Program-made: the position numbers and the translations under genes
The notes under the pieces: generated by a model
Told to the model about the DNA's origin: nothing
Database searches by the model: none
What the model saw: the letters and a program-made list of their open reading frames with translations, nothing else
Virus record (IMG/VR): IMGVR_UViG_3300025280_000001
Coordinates: 4,524-68,523 of that record
Length of the DNA stretch: 64,000 bases
From: a virus
Direction: 5' to 3' (one strand)
Part shown: piece after piece, positions 18,662-29,925 of the stretch
Position numbering within the stretch: the first letter of the stretch is position 1
How the letters are laid out: every line of letters begins with the position of its first letter

Positions 18662-19921
18662 ATGACATCATCAGGAAGTCCCCAAGGGGACCTACTCAAT
18701 ACCCATCTACCCTATCGCGGAGACGTGGCGGCGGCAACGTCAGGCACTAGTCAGATAGCTGGTTCAGGTGACGGTAAATTATGGCTCCCGATTTGGTCGG
18801 GAGAAGTTATTCATGCTTATGACGAATACAATACATTCGAAAGCTTGGTAACAAGTAAAACAATAGCAAGCGGACGCTCAATGCAATTCCCAATCACGGG
18901 AACAGTTGACATCCAAGCCGCTTGGAACGCAGGCGAAGAATTAGTAGGCGGAACAGATGCTAAGTCAACCACATTCAATGTGAGTCTTGACGCGCGTCCT
19001 ATCGCAGCATTCTTCGAAACTGATAACATCGACTTGATGATTACTCAGTGGGAATACCGAGCAGAATTGGCACGACAAGCAGGTCTAGCACTTGCTAATG
19101 CTCGTGATAAGCAAATCTGGTCATTCCTTTGTCGCGCTGGTGCAACCAATCAACTTGGTGCAACAACAGATCCTCGTCCACAAATGGGTTTGGATACTGT
19201 TATTTACGGCGGTACAGTTGAAGCAAATGCAGATCACCTTGGTGCTATGTGGGGTACTGCAACTGTCAAAGAACGAACAGATGCTGCTCTTGAACTCTTA
19301 GCTTCTCTTGAGAAGTTCTTAGTTCACTTGCAAGAAAATAACATTGACGCAGGTCAAGTTTACTGTGCTGTTTCACCTCAAGCGTTCATGGATATCCGTG
19401 CGTTAGGTGTAGCCAGAGTAGATACTGATCTGAACGATGGTGGTAACCAACTTATGTTCAACGGCTCCGCCGTTGGTGGATTTGGTACTGGACTAGGTGG
19501 ACCTTTAACACAAGGCATGGCTAAGATTCGGGATACCCTAACTTATATGGGTGTTACCATTGTGAAAAGTAATCACATTATGACAACTGATATTTCAGAT
19601 TCAAGTTCAGCTGATATTGGTGAGGCTCGTTACGGTCTTAACTTTGCTCTTGCTAAAGTTGGTGCTGCTATGTGGACACCTGAATGCATTGCTTCTCTTA
19701 AGTTGCAAGGCGTGAAGGTAGATACTGTAGATGATATTCGTCGTAACACACAGTTCACTGTTGCTTCAACAATGAATGGTACTGGTGTTCTTCGTCCAGA
19801 ATGTTGTGCTCTGTTCTCAGGGTACGAACCTACGGATGCAACTCCAACTCGTACAGACGTTGCAGCTGCTGGAACTGGGCTCGATCTTGCTGGCGCAGGT
19901 GCAGAGTACACAGCAGTGTAA
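18662..19921 (+). CDS. major capsid protein (T7 gp10-like)
   Basis: IWSGEV, KTIASGRSMQFP, GLALANARD, GTGVLRPEC; strong RBS. Confidence 0.95.
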   Translation: MTSSGSPQGDLLNTHLPYRGDVAAATSGTSQIAGSGDGKLWLPIWSGEVIHAYDEYNTFESLVTSKTIASGRSMQFPITGTVDIQAAWNAGEELVGGTDAKSTTFNVSLDARPIAAFFETDNIDLMITQWEYRAELARQAGLALANARDKQIWSFLCRAGATNQLGATTDPRPQMGLDTVIYGGTVEANADHLGAMWGTATVKERTDAALELLASLEKFLVHLQENNIDAGQVYCAVSPQAFMDIRALGVARVDTDLNDGGNQLMFNGSAVGGFGTGLGGPLTQGMAKIRDTLTYMGVTIVKSNHIMTTDISDSSSADIGEARYGLNFALAKVGAAMWTPECIASLKLQGVKVDTVDDIRRNTQFTVASTMNGTGVLRPECCALFSGYEPTDATPTRTDVAAAGTGLDLAGAGAEYTAV

Positions 19922-19952
19922 TTTAGTTTATAATTTAATTATTATATACATC

Positions 19953-19990
19953 GGGTCCCTTGCCTCTCTGAGGTGAGGGACCTTTTTTTT
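19953..19990 (+). terminator. intrinsic terminator after MCP (T-phi position)
   Basis: GGGTCCCTTGCCTC-TCT-GAGGTGAGGGACCT followed by a T run. Confidence 0.92.
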
Positions 19991-20004
19991 ATAGGGAGAT
20001 AATC

Positions 20005-20658
20005 ATGGGAAGTATATCAAGACTTGAAGCAGTGAATCACATGCTGCTTACCGCAGGTGAGAGCATAGTCGCAGATTTAGACGATAGCTCTGGTATAGAT
20101 ACAGGCTTAGCCGAATTTGTTTTAGACCAAGCTTCGAAAGATTATCAACTTAGGGGACTGGCTAGCAATAAGTTTGTAAAGAAGTATAAACTATCGTCTG
20201 CTGGTGAGATTGTTTTACCTGATAATGTCATTGCCGCTGAACTAGTATCTAATCATACTGATACTGATGGCAATGTTATTATAGGTATAGATCGTCAGAA
20301 GAAACTATTCAATATAGTTAACAATACATTGGATTGGAAATCAGATACAGAATATAAAGTAGAGATTGTATTTGAATTAAGTTGGGAAGACCTGTCAACC
20401 CCAGGACAAAGAGGTATACTTTCTTCGGCTATGAGACAATATCAATTAATTGTACAGGGAGATGATATCTCCGATAGATACCTTGGGGAAGCTGAAGGTA
20501 TACACAGGGCTAGAGCTAAAGCAGCTGATATAAATGATAGACGCTCTTCTATATTTAATAGTGGTAGCCGTATAATGCTCCGTGCTTTGACTAGAGAATC
20601 AGGAGGTGCTGGTAATGATCCTGCACGGTTTAGGTTCTGGCGGCATAGAGGAGTATAA
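20005..20658 (+). CDS. tail tubular protein A (gp11-like)
   Basis: LEAVNHMLLTAGE; synteny after MCP. Confidence 0.9.
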   Translation: MGSISRLEAVNHMLLTAGESIVADLDDSSGIDTGLAEFVLDQASKDYQLRGLASNKFVKKYKLSSAGEIVLPDNVIAAELVSNHTDTDGNVIIGIDRQKKLFNIVNNTLDWKSDTEYKVEIVFELSWEDLSTPGQRGILSSAMRQYQLIVQGDDISDRYLGEAEGIHRARAKAADINDRRSSIFNSGSRIMLRALTRESGGAGNDPARFRFWRHRGV

Positions 20659-20660
20659 AG

Positions 20661-23492
20661 TTGAGTAAGTATAACCCAACTACAATCCCCATAAACTCTC
20701 TTTCGGGAGGAGTAGGACGACAAGCACAGTCTAAAAGACTACCGTCTGAAGCACACACCCTTGAAAATGTATTCTGTACATTAGAAAGATCTGTGGAACG
20801 CAGAACTAATACAGAAATGGTGTTAAATGAGAACGGTGCAGTAGAAGCTTTGGGTAGAGGTGGAGATAATACCTGGTATCATTGGTTTGCTATAAGTGAA
20901 GAGTCACGGTTTCTTATTTCAGTGAATCAAGATGCCACAAAAAAAGAATTAATGCTAGATATATGGAAGCTTTCAGGTGATGGTGCTATATCTAAAGTAT
21001 CCGAAGATAAAATAACAATTGAAGATGAATGCTTTAAATATTTAACATATAAGATAGATAATACTAAAGAAAATATTAAGTCAGTTGCTATTGGAACTAG
21101 CTTACTTCTTTTAAATACCGAAGTTAAGGCTGGCTTTACTTCAGATGGTTCTTTTACCACGATGTACAATTTGGATGGTAGCAGGAACAACGAAGAAGAT
21201 ATAACAGGTAAAGAAGAAGATTATCAGACAGCAGCATCTGTAGATAGGAAGCAAGATGCGGTATTATGGAGTCAGTTTAGTAGTTTCTTACCGGGAGATG
21301 TGGTTATAGATGATGGAGATATTAATACTGAAAATTCTGCGACGCGTGGTATATGGCAGGTTAACTTAAATATAGAGGGGGAAACCGTTGGTCCTGAAAA
21401 TAAACATCCCTATTATGCATATAGAAATGACAGGGATAGAGGTACAATAGAAGACATTGCAAACGCTCCTCCATCTTTTACAGATCTAGCAGTAAAGGAT
21501 ACTTATTATATTAAAAAAGGTGGCGTTCGTCACGCTGATTGGGGAACATTTAAGCTAGAGGATAGTAGTGATGCTGAAACAGTTATTTCGGATGGTGCTC
21601 AAATAAGGTGTAATGTTGCTACTGGTGGTTCTGAGGTATGGAAGATAAACAAATGGAGACCAGTGCATGATGATGATGGAAATAGGCGGTATACAGAATT
21701 TATATCTGTTAAAGACTACGTGTATCCAGATCCAGATAAATCCTACTTGGGTCAATCTGTTACAGACCTAACAAAACTTAGGCTGCCTCCAGATTCTAGT
21801 GATATAATAGATAGAAATAATGCTGAAACAATGATTAAAAATCTCTATCCTTCTACAGGTGATTCTGTTGGTAGGGGTAAAATATATTACTTCTCTACAC
21901 CATATGCATCCTTAGTTCCAGGATACTATAGAGTAAAGAGCTTTGAAGATCAGCCGTACTTACATAACGTAAGAACACCCGATAAGATGTCCTTGTTAGA
22001 TAAGAATAGGATGCCTATGCAACTGGACTATGATCCAGATACTGATGAATGGCTTCTTAGAACTATAGGATGGGATCCACGAACAGGAGGTACTGAAGAA
22101 TCTAATCCAGGACCAAGTCCGTTTCGTAATGCGGATGGGACAGCCCGTCAATCAGAGATTACAGCTATAGCTTTTTATAGGGATAGGTTATTTCTTGCGG
22201 CTGGTGATGTATTATTCTCTAGTAGGCTAGGAGATTTTGATAATTTCTGGATTAAGGATCCAAGTAATATTGTTTCTACAGATCCGCTTGATCTCAGTGT
22301 TAGTTCTAATAAGTATTCACCTATTAATAGTATGATACCTTTCAATGATTATCTATTTATTAATACCGCTGGTGATACCCAATTTGAATTGATAGGTTCT
22401 GAGAATCAGATAACACCCTTTACTGCAGAGATTGCACCAACAACATTTTTCTCGACAATATCTACGCTAGAACCACAACTAATGGGTACTCAGATTTATT
22501 TCTTTGCTGAAGGTCGTTTGTATATATACTTTGGACAAACACAAACTAATATCAACCAAGCTGTAGATGTATCTTTGCATTGTCCAGGTTATTTACCAAA
22601 AACACCTAAAGCTATAACAGTATCTCCCGCACATAATTCAATTTATTTTGTAGATAGCGATAATCCTAATGAAATATTTACATATGTTAATAGATTTGCA
22701 GGAGATACAGTTGTACAGAATGCTTTCTTTAAACAGATATTAGATAGTAGTATTAACATTCAAGACCTAACTGTATTTGGTGACTACTTATATATTACCG
22801 CAAGAGAAGAAGGATATAGTACAGTATACTTACAAAGAATGCTGCTAGATACAGCAGGAGAAATTAGAAATGACGCTCTGTTGGATAACAAGTTTATATT
22901 AGGAGAAGGAAACTATTCCTCTGAGTCGGGTTATACCTCCTATAGTATAGAGAATATAGCTTTGAATAGTATAAATAAGGTTGTAGTTAGGAGTTTTCAC
23001 GAACAAGGCGGGTCGGTATATGATGCCTACGCTACTACAGTAGATAATTATCCCTACCCAGTAACTACTGTAAGGGTATACGGAGATGTGACGACATTAC
23101 CACTTGAAGCTGGTACTTCTTATAAGTCTTTAATAGAATTATCTGAGCAATTTGTAAGAGATGATAAGAATAATGTAAGGAATGGGGTACTTAATTTAAG
23201 AAGCCTATCTTTGCGTCATGCTAATAGTGGATCATATAATGTAGAGATAGCACGAAGATCACGAACGCCTGAGATATATGAGTTTACCCCTTTTTATGTG
23301 GGTACTACGGGAGACGAACCATTTCCATTTAAGAATTTAGAAATAGATGGAGAATTTTTAATGAGAGTATTTGGATTATCTAATGAATTAAGTATTAAAA
23401 TTGAATCAGATTATCCAGTACCATTTAACATAACAAATATAGAATTTCGGGGCAAGTTTAGTTCCCGTGATAGTTTACTTGAAAGACGATAA
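20661..23492 (+). CDS. tail tubular protein B (gp12-like)
   Basis: SLSGGVGRQ, FYRDRLF, SRLGDFDNFW, DPLD; TTG start with GAGGAG RBS. Confidence 0.9.
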   Translation: MSKYNPTTIPINSLSGGVGRQAQSKRLPSEAHTLENVFCTLERSVERRTNTEMVLNENGAVEALGRGGDNTWYHWFAISEESRFLISVNQDATKKELMLDIWKLSGDGAISKVSEDKITIEDECFKYLTYKIDNTKENIKSVAIGTSLLLLNTEVKAGFTSDGSFTTMYNLDGSRNNEEDITGKEEDYQTAASVDRKQDAVLWSQFSSFLPGDVVIDDGDINTENSATRGIWQVNLNIEGETVGPENKHPYYAYRNDRDRGTIEDIANAPPSFTDLAVKDTYYIKKGGVRHADWGTFKLEDSSDAETVISDGAQIRCNVATGGSEVWKINKWRPVHDDDGNRRYTEFISVKDYVYPDPDKSYLGQSVTDLTKLRLPPDSSDIIDRNNAETMIKNLYPSTGDSVGRGKIYYFSTPYASLVPGYYRVKSFEDQPYLHNVRTPDKMSLLDKNRMPMQLDYDPDTDEWLLRTIGWDPRTGGTEESNPGPSPFRNADGTARQSEITAIAFYRDRLFLAAGDVLFSSRLGDFDNFWIKDPSNIVSTDPLDLSVSSNKYSPINSMIPFNDYLFINTAGDTQFELIGSENQITPFTAEIAPTTFFSTISTLEPQLMGTQIYFFAEGRLYIYFGQTQTNINQAVDVSLHCPGYLPKTPKAITVSPAHNSIYFVDSDNPNEIFTYVNRFAGDTVVQNAFFKQILDSSINIQDLTVFGDYLYITAREEGYSTVYLQRMLLDTAGEIRNDALLDNKFILGEGNYSSESGYTSYSIENIALNSINKVVVRSFHEQGGSVYDAYATTVDNYPYPVTTVRVYGDVTTLPLEAGTSYKSLIELSEQFVRDDKNNVRNGVLNLRSLSLRHANSGSYNVEIARRSRTPEIYEFTPFYVGTTGDEPFPFKNLEIDGEFLMRVFGLSNELSIKIESDYPVPFNITNIEFRGKFSSRDSLLERR

Positions 23493-23503
23493 GGAGCAGA
23501 TAA

Positions 23504-26500
23504 ATGACAACGTATGACAATCAATCTAATGCAACAGGGGTAATATATACGCCTACATCTAGCGATTGGTCACTAGATGTAGACGGAACATATAAGGTAA
23601 ACATATCATCACTATCCCTCGATCCAAAAGTTACAACAGCAGATCAAATAGTAGTCATACGCCAATTTGATTTCGATACTATTGTTTCAACTCCTAGCCC
23701 TCTCCTAACAGGTGCCGAAACTTGGGAAGTGTGGACACTACCTAAAGCTAACTCATCTGGTAGTACAATGTATTCTCTTTCTGGCGATGGTAGTTCTGTG
23801 ACGGTAAACATGTCTGTTACCGCTGCTGATTATTTGTATCAAAGAACTGTAGGTAATACTACTACAGAAATTCAACTACCTGTATTTGATTCCTCAGCAG
23901 ATACTGTATATATCATGCGTAAGACTCAAGACCTAATGAACTATATTAACTGGACAGCTGGATCAAGAATTACAGCGTCTCAACTTAATCATGGGTTACT
24001 TCAGTTACTAAATATATCCCAAGAACTATCTGTTATGCAGGATAATAAGAATACCTTAGATCCCTTTGTTGGGAAACCTGGTGGTATATGCCCTCTAGAG
24101 GCAGACGGTACAATATCTAATACATACATCGGTTCAGCAACATTAAGTAATACTGTTGGTGATGGTCTAGAAGGGGATGGTAGTAGTACTACTCCTCTAA
24201 AGGTAGACCTTGCTGGAACAGATGGTGTAGAGAGTGGTCTTGCTTTCGATGGAAGCGGTGATCTTAAAGCTGATACTATAGATAACCTAACATCCTCGAC
24301 TGAAGTTTATAAACCATTATCAGCTAAGCAAGGATATACTCTTGATCAAAAGATTGCAGGACTCGATTCTGCCTTTACATACAAAGGTACTATAGATATT
24401 GATGCTGGAGCTGGTCAAGCTGCACCATCTGCGGTTGCTGGCGATACTTATGATATTATCGAAGGTGACGGGGGTACAACTACAGTAACTTTATCAAACT
24501 TTAATAATATATCCGCCACTAAAGGAGATATCATTAGATACAATGGCTCAGCTTGGGTCGAAGTAGATCAAGCTCAAGTTGTTAGAGCCGATGGTACAGT
24601 TGCTCTTAATACAGCACAGGTAGCTGTAACACAAAGTGCAGCTGATAGTACTACTAAGGTTTCTACTACAGCTTTTGTACAACAAGAAATAACTGGAACC
24701 AAGCTTTCAGAACTTAGTGATGTAGAAACTGATACAGATGACACAGGCGGTAATATGATAGTTTGGGATACCGACTCGTGGGAGCCCCTAAGACTAGAAA
24801 CAGTAGACTATACTAAACAAGTCATTACTACAGGGAGCGATCTATCAGCAATAGACGGAGTAACATTGTCTGGTACTCCTTCAACTGGACAAGTTTTAAA
24901 TGTAGGTGGGGATGGACAATGGGTCAACGCCACTGTTTCCAATGATTCATATGTAGCAACAGTAGCAAGCTCTGCTGATGCTGGTGGAGGTGCTGATGAT
25001 AGTGCTGCTGTATATACTGCTTGGAATAATGCGAACTTAGGACACGGGGGAATACCTACATCAAGTACTCTGTCATATCTAGAGTTTGCTGGTGCTAAGC
25101 ACCTTATGAGTGCTACCAATAATGGTGCTCCTGCTGGTACTAGATTAAGTTTTACCGCTAAACAAGGTATTACCTACAGAAACGGAACTCTTCAGTTTAA
25201 CGAAGTGACACCTTTTGATGGTACATGGACTACGATGCTCACTACTAGTGGTACTACCCTAAATACAACAACTCTTGAGAATGATAATGACTACCCTGCT
25301 GAATGGGGAGACTACTATATAAAGGTACCTACATCTGGCGTTCCGTTTATGTTTGAGGGTGCTTTAATTAGAATAGGAACTAATGACGCTTTGCAATCCT
25401 CTATTCCTCTCGGCTGTGACAAAGAAAGCACAGTAAAAGTTCGCGCTGGTGAAATGAATGTTGTTCAAAGTGTTGATAGACCTACTGGAAGAGTACGTCT
25501 CAAGTATCCTATTAAAGCAAGAATAGATGATCTTGAAGAGATTATAATTCCTACTGTTTCGGCAACGGCTGCTTATGTAGACATTGTCCTTGATGATCCT
25601 ATACCAGCATCAGCTGATAACGATACTATAATTTTAGAGAGAGCAGACGGTACGAAAGATACCTTTACAGCTACAACTGGTACTCCTGCCGCTAATGAGT
25701 GGGTTCATAGTACTGCTACAGATACCTATGGTGCAAATATGGCAACTGAAATAAATAGCCATCCTTCATGGGTTGCTGCTTATACAACAGGTACTAATAC
25801 AATAAGAATAACCCAAGCTATTGCTGGTGTAACAGGCAACACCGCTGTTGGTGGAACCATACTTGCAGGTGATGGTGTTGTTGGTAATCCTATAACTCCT
25901 TCCCTAGCAGGTGGAACCTCACCACAAATTTCTGATCAAGTATTCGATAATATGGTATTTGAGGATCTCAATACAGGATTCTGGGAATTAGATACAAACT
26001 CAGTAGCTGGTACTGGGAGTACATCAGTAACCGTAACCCTACCAAGAGATCATGGCTTAGCTAATGGAGTAACATTCACTGGACAAATGGATTCCTGTAA
26101 TATATCTGGTGGCGTTAGTGGTACTCCATATTATTCTGATATAAATACACCGATAGTTTATACTGCGGTTGTTGATACTGATACAGGTAGTAGTAATACC
26201 CTTACCGCTACATTAAATAATTCTAAAACTCTAGATACTGGAAATTTTGGTGGTAGGAATGCTCAATTACACTATGGTGAAAATAATGGAATCTACTTAA
26301 CGTATGCTAAGAATATTACATTCCGAAACTGTACCTTTAAGGGGTTTGGTATAGCTGTATGGTTAAAGTTCTGCGATAATATCACCTTTGAAAGCTGTAC
26401 ATTTGAAAATGGATCTAATATCCCGCGACCTTACTATGTAAATCAGTTGGCGACTGGAAAAAGATTAAGAATAGATGGGGGTTGTAGAAATATTACCGTT

Positions 26501-27838
26501 AAGGATTGTAACTTTAATAACGACAATACAGCAATTCATATGACAGCCGGTTCTAGTGCTACATATAGGGCTATTTATGATTTACATATAGATAACAATA
26601 AAATGGATGGGTTCAGTTTTGGACTATATCAGAGTGCAAATCCTGCAACAACTCTTTTAATAGAATCTAAGATTACAAATAATACTATAACTTTGAAGTC
26701 ACACAATTCCCGTAGAAATTGCCGCCAGTTGAGTAGAGAGTGGCGTACTAATTATGCATACGGTATGTATCTCGCTGGATGGAATTTAGAGATTAAGAAT
26801 AATAATATAGGTGGAGTGCAAGCCTATGTACAAGAGGAAAACGAAGATGCATTTGATCAAGTGGGTTATGGTAGAGCGGACGATGGTGGCAGGGATCATC
26901 CTGTAGGTGGTCCTACCTTTCGCAATGTTTTATACGAAAAGAAAAAGGTTCCTGTAGCCTTTGAGGGTATCCTCGTATTCATCATGGGAGGAGGCAGACG
27001 GAGCTTTTATAATACTTATCAAGGTGGCTTAGGTGCTTCTTCACCATTAACTGGGAAAAATGTAGGTCCAAATGGTGCTGATTCAACATGGGGAGCTCTT
27101 CTGTATACTCCTATTGGTAATTGGGACACACCTTCTTGTAGCCAAATAGAAAATAATAATATACATTCGTATTTTTATGCTATCGCGGTATACTACAGGG
27201 GCGGCTCTTCCGAAGCACCCGAAGCAATACCATCGCCGAGGATAATAGGAAATAATATAGTATGTCTGAGGCGTGGTATATTTATGGTTTCAGGTTATAA
27301 CCAAACTACCTGTATTGAAAATGCTATAGTTAGGGATAACCATATTTTCAATGATCATTGGTCAAAGATTTACGAGAAGGTAACTAGCGTTGAATCAAGT
27401 GATGGTACTAGCGATTTCGATGTCGAAGGTAGTGCCGATGGTATGTTATGGATATATGCTGTCAAGGATGGCGGTACAGGCGGTACGAATCACCACAACT
27501 GTTTTGTAAATCTTTTGGTTGAGTCAAATACTGTACAGTGTACGAGCAATGTATATAAAACTTATCCAATGCGGGTAAGTGGGCAAAGTGGGCTTCATAG
27601 TAGATACTGGCAAGAGCAGACGCATCTGCGTAGCAATAATTTCCTTGGTGGATACCAGTCCCAGCTCTGGAGTCCAACATGGAACTCAACTACACAGGGC
27701 AACAGCCACTCTAGACTAGATGGTGGTTTTCACTATAATTATGCAGATGTTGACTTCGCGGGGGCATATTTTGGAACTGAAACGTCATGGGCTTGGTGGG
27801 CGAATCGTCAGAATGACGATCAACAAGGTACCGAGTGA
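23504..27838 (+). CDS. tail fiber/spike with gp17-like N-terminal anchor and C-terminal parallel beta-helix (depolymerase-like)
   Basis: IMRKT...WTAGSRITASQLN...QE anchor; repeated NITFRNCTF/NITFESCTF/NITVKDCNF. Confidence 0.85.
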   Translation: MTTYDNQSNATGVIYTPTSSDWSLDVDGTYKVNISSLSLDPKVTTADQIVVIRQFDFDTIVSTPSPLLTGAETWEVWTLPKANSSGSTMYSLSGDGSSVTVNMSVTAADYLYQRTVGNTTTEIQLPVFDSSADTVYIMRKTQDLMNYINWTAGSRITASQLNHGLLQLLNISQELSVMQDNKNTLDPFVGKPGGICPLEADGTISNTYIGSATLSNTVGDGLEGDGSSTTPLKVDLAGTDGVESGLAFDGSGDLKADTIDNLTSSTEVYKPLSAKQGYTLDQKIAGLDSAFTYKGTIDIDAGAGQAAPSAVAGDTYDIIEGDGGTTTVTLSNFNNISATKGDIIRYNGSAWVEVDQAQVVRADGTVALNTAQVAVTQSAADSTTKVSTTAFVQQEITGTKLSELSDVETDTDDTGGNMIVWDTDSWEPLRLETVDYTKQVITTGSDLSAIDGVTLSGTPSTGQVLNVGGDGQWVNATVSNDSYVATVASSADAGGGADDSAAVYTAWNNANLGHGGIPTSSTLSYLEFAGAKHLMSATNNGAPAGTRLSFTAKQGITYRNGTLQFNEVTPFDGTWTTMLTTSGTTLNTTTLENDNDYPAEWGDYYIKVPTSGVPFMFEGALIRIGTNDALQSSIPLGCDKESTVKVRAGEMNVVQSVDRPTGRVRLKYPIKARIDDLEEIIIPTVSATAAYVDIVLDDPIPASADNDTIILERADGTKDTFTATTGTPAANEWVHSTATDTYGANMATEINSHPSWVAAYTTGTNTIRITQAIAGVTGNTAVGGTILAGDGVVGNPITPSLAGGTSPQISDQVFDNMVFEDLNTGFWELDTNSVAGTGSTSVTVTLPRDHGLANGVTFTGQMDSCNISGGVSGTPYYSDINTPIVYTAVVDTDTGSSNTLTATLNNSKTLDTGNFGGRNAQLHYGENNGIYLTYAKNITFRNCTFKGFGIAVWLKFCDNITFESCTFENGSNIPRPYYVNQLATGKRLRIDGGCRNITVKDCNFNNDNTAIHMTAGSSATYRAIYDLHIDNNKMDGFSFGLYQSANPATTLLIESKITNNTITLKSHNSRRNCRQLSREWRTNYAYGMYLAGWNLEIKNNNIGGVQAYVQEENEDAFDQVGYGRADDGGRDHPVGGPTFRNVLYEKKKVPVAFEGILVFIMGGGRRSFYNTYQGGLGASSPLTGKNVGPNGADSTWGALLYTPIGNWDTPSCSQIENNNIHSYFYAIAVYYRGGSSEAPEAIPSPRIIGNNIVCLRRGIFMVSGYNQTTCIENAIVRDNHIFNDHWSKIYEKVTSVESSDGTSDFDVEGSADGMLWIYAVKDGGTGGTNHHNCFVNLLVESNTVQCTSNVYKTYPMRVSGQSGLHSRYWQEQTHLRSNNFLGGYQSQLWSPTWNSTTQGNSHSRLDGGFHYNYADVDFAGAYFGTETSWAWWANRQNDDQQGTE

Positions 27839-27842
27839 TAGT

Positions 27843-28064
27843 ATGACTAAAGCCTCTAGAATAGAGAGACTTCAGAACATCTTAATTGAACGGATGCTTG
27901 AAGATCTTGATGATCCAGATAAGTGTACCCCTGGATTATATCAAGTAATCAGGGGTATTATAACAGATAATAGAGAACAATTAGATTCTATACCTAACTC
28001 AACTTTAGATTTTCTAGAGGATAAGTTCAAGGATAGTATCCCATTTAAAAGGGAGGCTTCATAA
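27843..28064 (+). CDS. terminase small subunit (gp18-like)
   Basis: TPGLYQVIRGIITDN...IPF; upstream of TerL. Confidence 0.7.
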   Translation: MTKASRIERLQNILIERMLEDLDDPDKCTPGLYQVIRGIITDNREQLDSIPNSTLDFLEDKFKDSIPFKREAS

Positions 28065-28168
28065 TGCCTAAAGTAGGGAAAAAGAAATTTGCTTATACAA
28101 CTAAAGGAAAGAAAAAAGCCAAGGCTTATGCTAAAAAGACTGGCAAGAAGATCAAAAAGAAATACTGA
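28064..28168 (+). CDS. tiny Lys-rich protein (34 aa, not in ORF track)
   Basis: GGGAGG RBS; MPKVGKKKFAYTTKGKKKAKAYAKKTGKKIKKKY; TAATG and TGATG coupling on both sides. Confidence 0.8.
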   Translation: MPKVGKKKFAYTTKGKKKAKAYAKKTGKKIKKKY

Positions 28169-29850
28169 TGAACATACCCCAAGAAATGCTTGATGATTTT
28201 CGTAATCATCTATGGGGTTGCTTTAAATATCTAGGTATTGGAGAACCTACACCCGCACAGTATGCTATGGCAGAATCACTACAAGGTGGTCCTAAAGATA
28301 TGCAGCTTCAGGCAGGTCGTGGGTTTGGGAAGTCTGTTATTACTGCATGCTTAGCTTCGTGGTTCTTATTACAGAATCCAAACACTGTAATTATGGTTAT
28401 TTCTGCTACTAGTAACAAGGCGGCAGAGTTTATCAGCATGACACGAAGAATCTTAGACGTTGTACCGTACTGTGAGCACCTAAAACCTGGAGATCACACT
28501 ACAGATAATGCTTTTGGGTTCAATGTAGAGTGCCGTAATAAGATAGGACAGGATAAGTCTTGTTTTGCTAGGGGTATTAGCTCTCAGATAACAGGTAGCC
28601 ACGCAGACTTCGTTATTGCGGACGATGTGGAGATTGAGGGTAACTGTGAGACTACACACGCTAGAGATAAGCTTTTGAATAAGGTATCTGAGTTTGAACA
28701 GATAAGAAATGTCGGTGGTCGTGTTATATTTCTAGGCACACCACAAATTAGGGACTCTATTTACAATTCTTTGAGTGAAGGCTATCCTATTACTAAGTTT
28801 CCTGCTGTTATTCCAAATAAACACAACGAAGCAGAGTGTGAGAATGTTAATCAGTGGGTATGGGAGCTTCAGGGAGAGACTGGAGATGCTACTCAACCAG
28901 AAAGATTTAGTAATGAGGTTCTAGAAGAGCGTAAGGCTAAGATCGGACCTCGATTATTCGCACTACACTACAAACTAGACACCTCTCTTGCTGATGCAGA
29001 GAAATATCCCCTAAGATTATCTGATTTAATAGTATTAGATCTAGATCAGGATGTCTGCCCAGAGAAAATAGTGTGGGCTAACAGTGTACCCCTTAAGAAG
29101 ATGCCATCTTTTGGTATGTCGGGTGATATGTTATATGAACCCATGTGGGTATCTGATAACTACACTGATTATGTACAAACTCTGATGTTTATAGATCCAT
29201 CAGGTCGAGGTAGAGATGAAACTGGTGTATGTGTTAGCTCCTTTGCTAATGGCTATATCTTTATTCATGAATTGCTTGGTCTTGATGGAGGATACGATAG
29301 GTCAGTTCTGATAAAGATCTGTCAAATTGCTAGAGATTATGATATTCGTAGTATCTTTGTCGAAAGTAACTTTGGTGATGCTATGTTTTGTCAGATACTA
29401 GCTCCTGTTGTATCAGAAATATGCGGTCGTAACCTTGGTATTGAAGAATTCAGAGTTAAGGGACAGAAGGAAGCTAGGATGCTTGATATATTAGAGCCTG
29501 TCTTGGCTCAGCATAGGTTAGTATTCAACAGAAAGGCTATAATAAGTGAGGAGACACAGAAACAACTCACTAGATTACACGACTCAAGGGGTGCCTTACC
29601 TAAAGATGACAGGGTAGACGTACTATCCGCCGCCATATCACACTGGACAGAGTCTATGCATCTAGATGTAGATACAATACTAAGAAAAAACAAAGATAAG
29701 GCTAGAGATGATGTAGTTAAGACATGGCTATCAGATGATAGGGTTATGGGTTTGTGGGGAGATAAGCTTTCGGGAGCTGTTCTTCGAAATGAGTACCCAT
29801 TTGAGGGTAATAGTAATAGCCTCTGGAAGAGGCGTGGAAGGACTTGGTAG
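28168..29850 (+). CDS. terminase large subunit (gp19-like)
   Basis: AGRGFGKS, ITGSHAD..IADDVE, LGTPQ, IDPSGRGRDETG, ESNFGD, DDRVD. Confidence 0.97.
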   Translation: MNIPQEMLDDFRNHLWGCFKYLGIGEPTPAQYAMAESLQGGPKDMQLQAGRGFGKSVITACLASWFLLQNPNTVIMVISATSNKAAEFISMTRRILDVVPYCEHLKPGDHTTDNAFGFNVECRNKIGQDKSCFARGISSQITGSHADFVIADDVEIEGNCETTHARDKLLNKVSEFEQIRNVGGRVIFLGTPQIRDSIYNSLSEGYPITKFPAVIPNKHNEAECENVNQWVWELQGETGDATQPERFSNEVLEERKAKIGPRLFALHYKLDTSLADAEKYPLRLSDLIVLDLDQDVCPEKIVWANSVPLKKMPSFGMSGDMLYEPMWVSDNYTDYVQTLMFIDPSGRGRDETGVCVSSFANGYIFIHELLGLDGGYDRSVLIKICQIARDYDIRSIFVESNFGDAMFCQILAPVVSEICGRNLGIEEFRVKGQKEARMLDILEPVLAQHRLVFNRKAIISEETQKQLTRLHDSRGALPKDDRVDVLSAAISHWTESMHLDVDTILRKNKDKARDDVVKTWLSDDRVMGLWGDKLSGAVLRNEYPFEGNSNSLWKRRGRTW

Positions 29851-29925
29851 AGCTTTGAATTATAGGTATATCTTGAGTCATTTTTATAAAATAACGAGCA
29901 CACAGAGTAATGTAGGAGGGTTTAT

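Noticed and set aside
19776-19976. Possible T7 10B-like capsid frameshift extension
   Set aside because: No slippery sequence is evident, and the alternate frame ends inside the terminator after a short extension.
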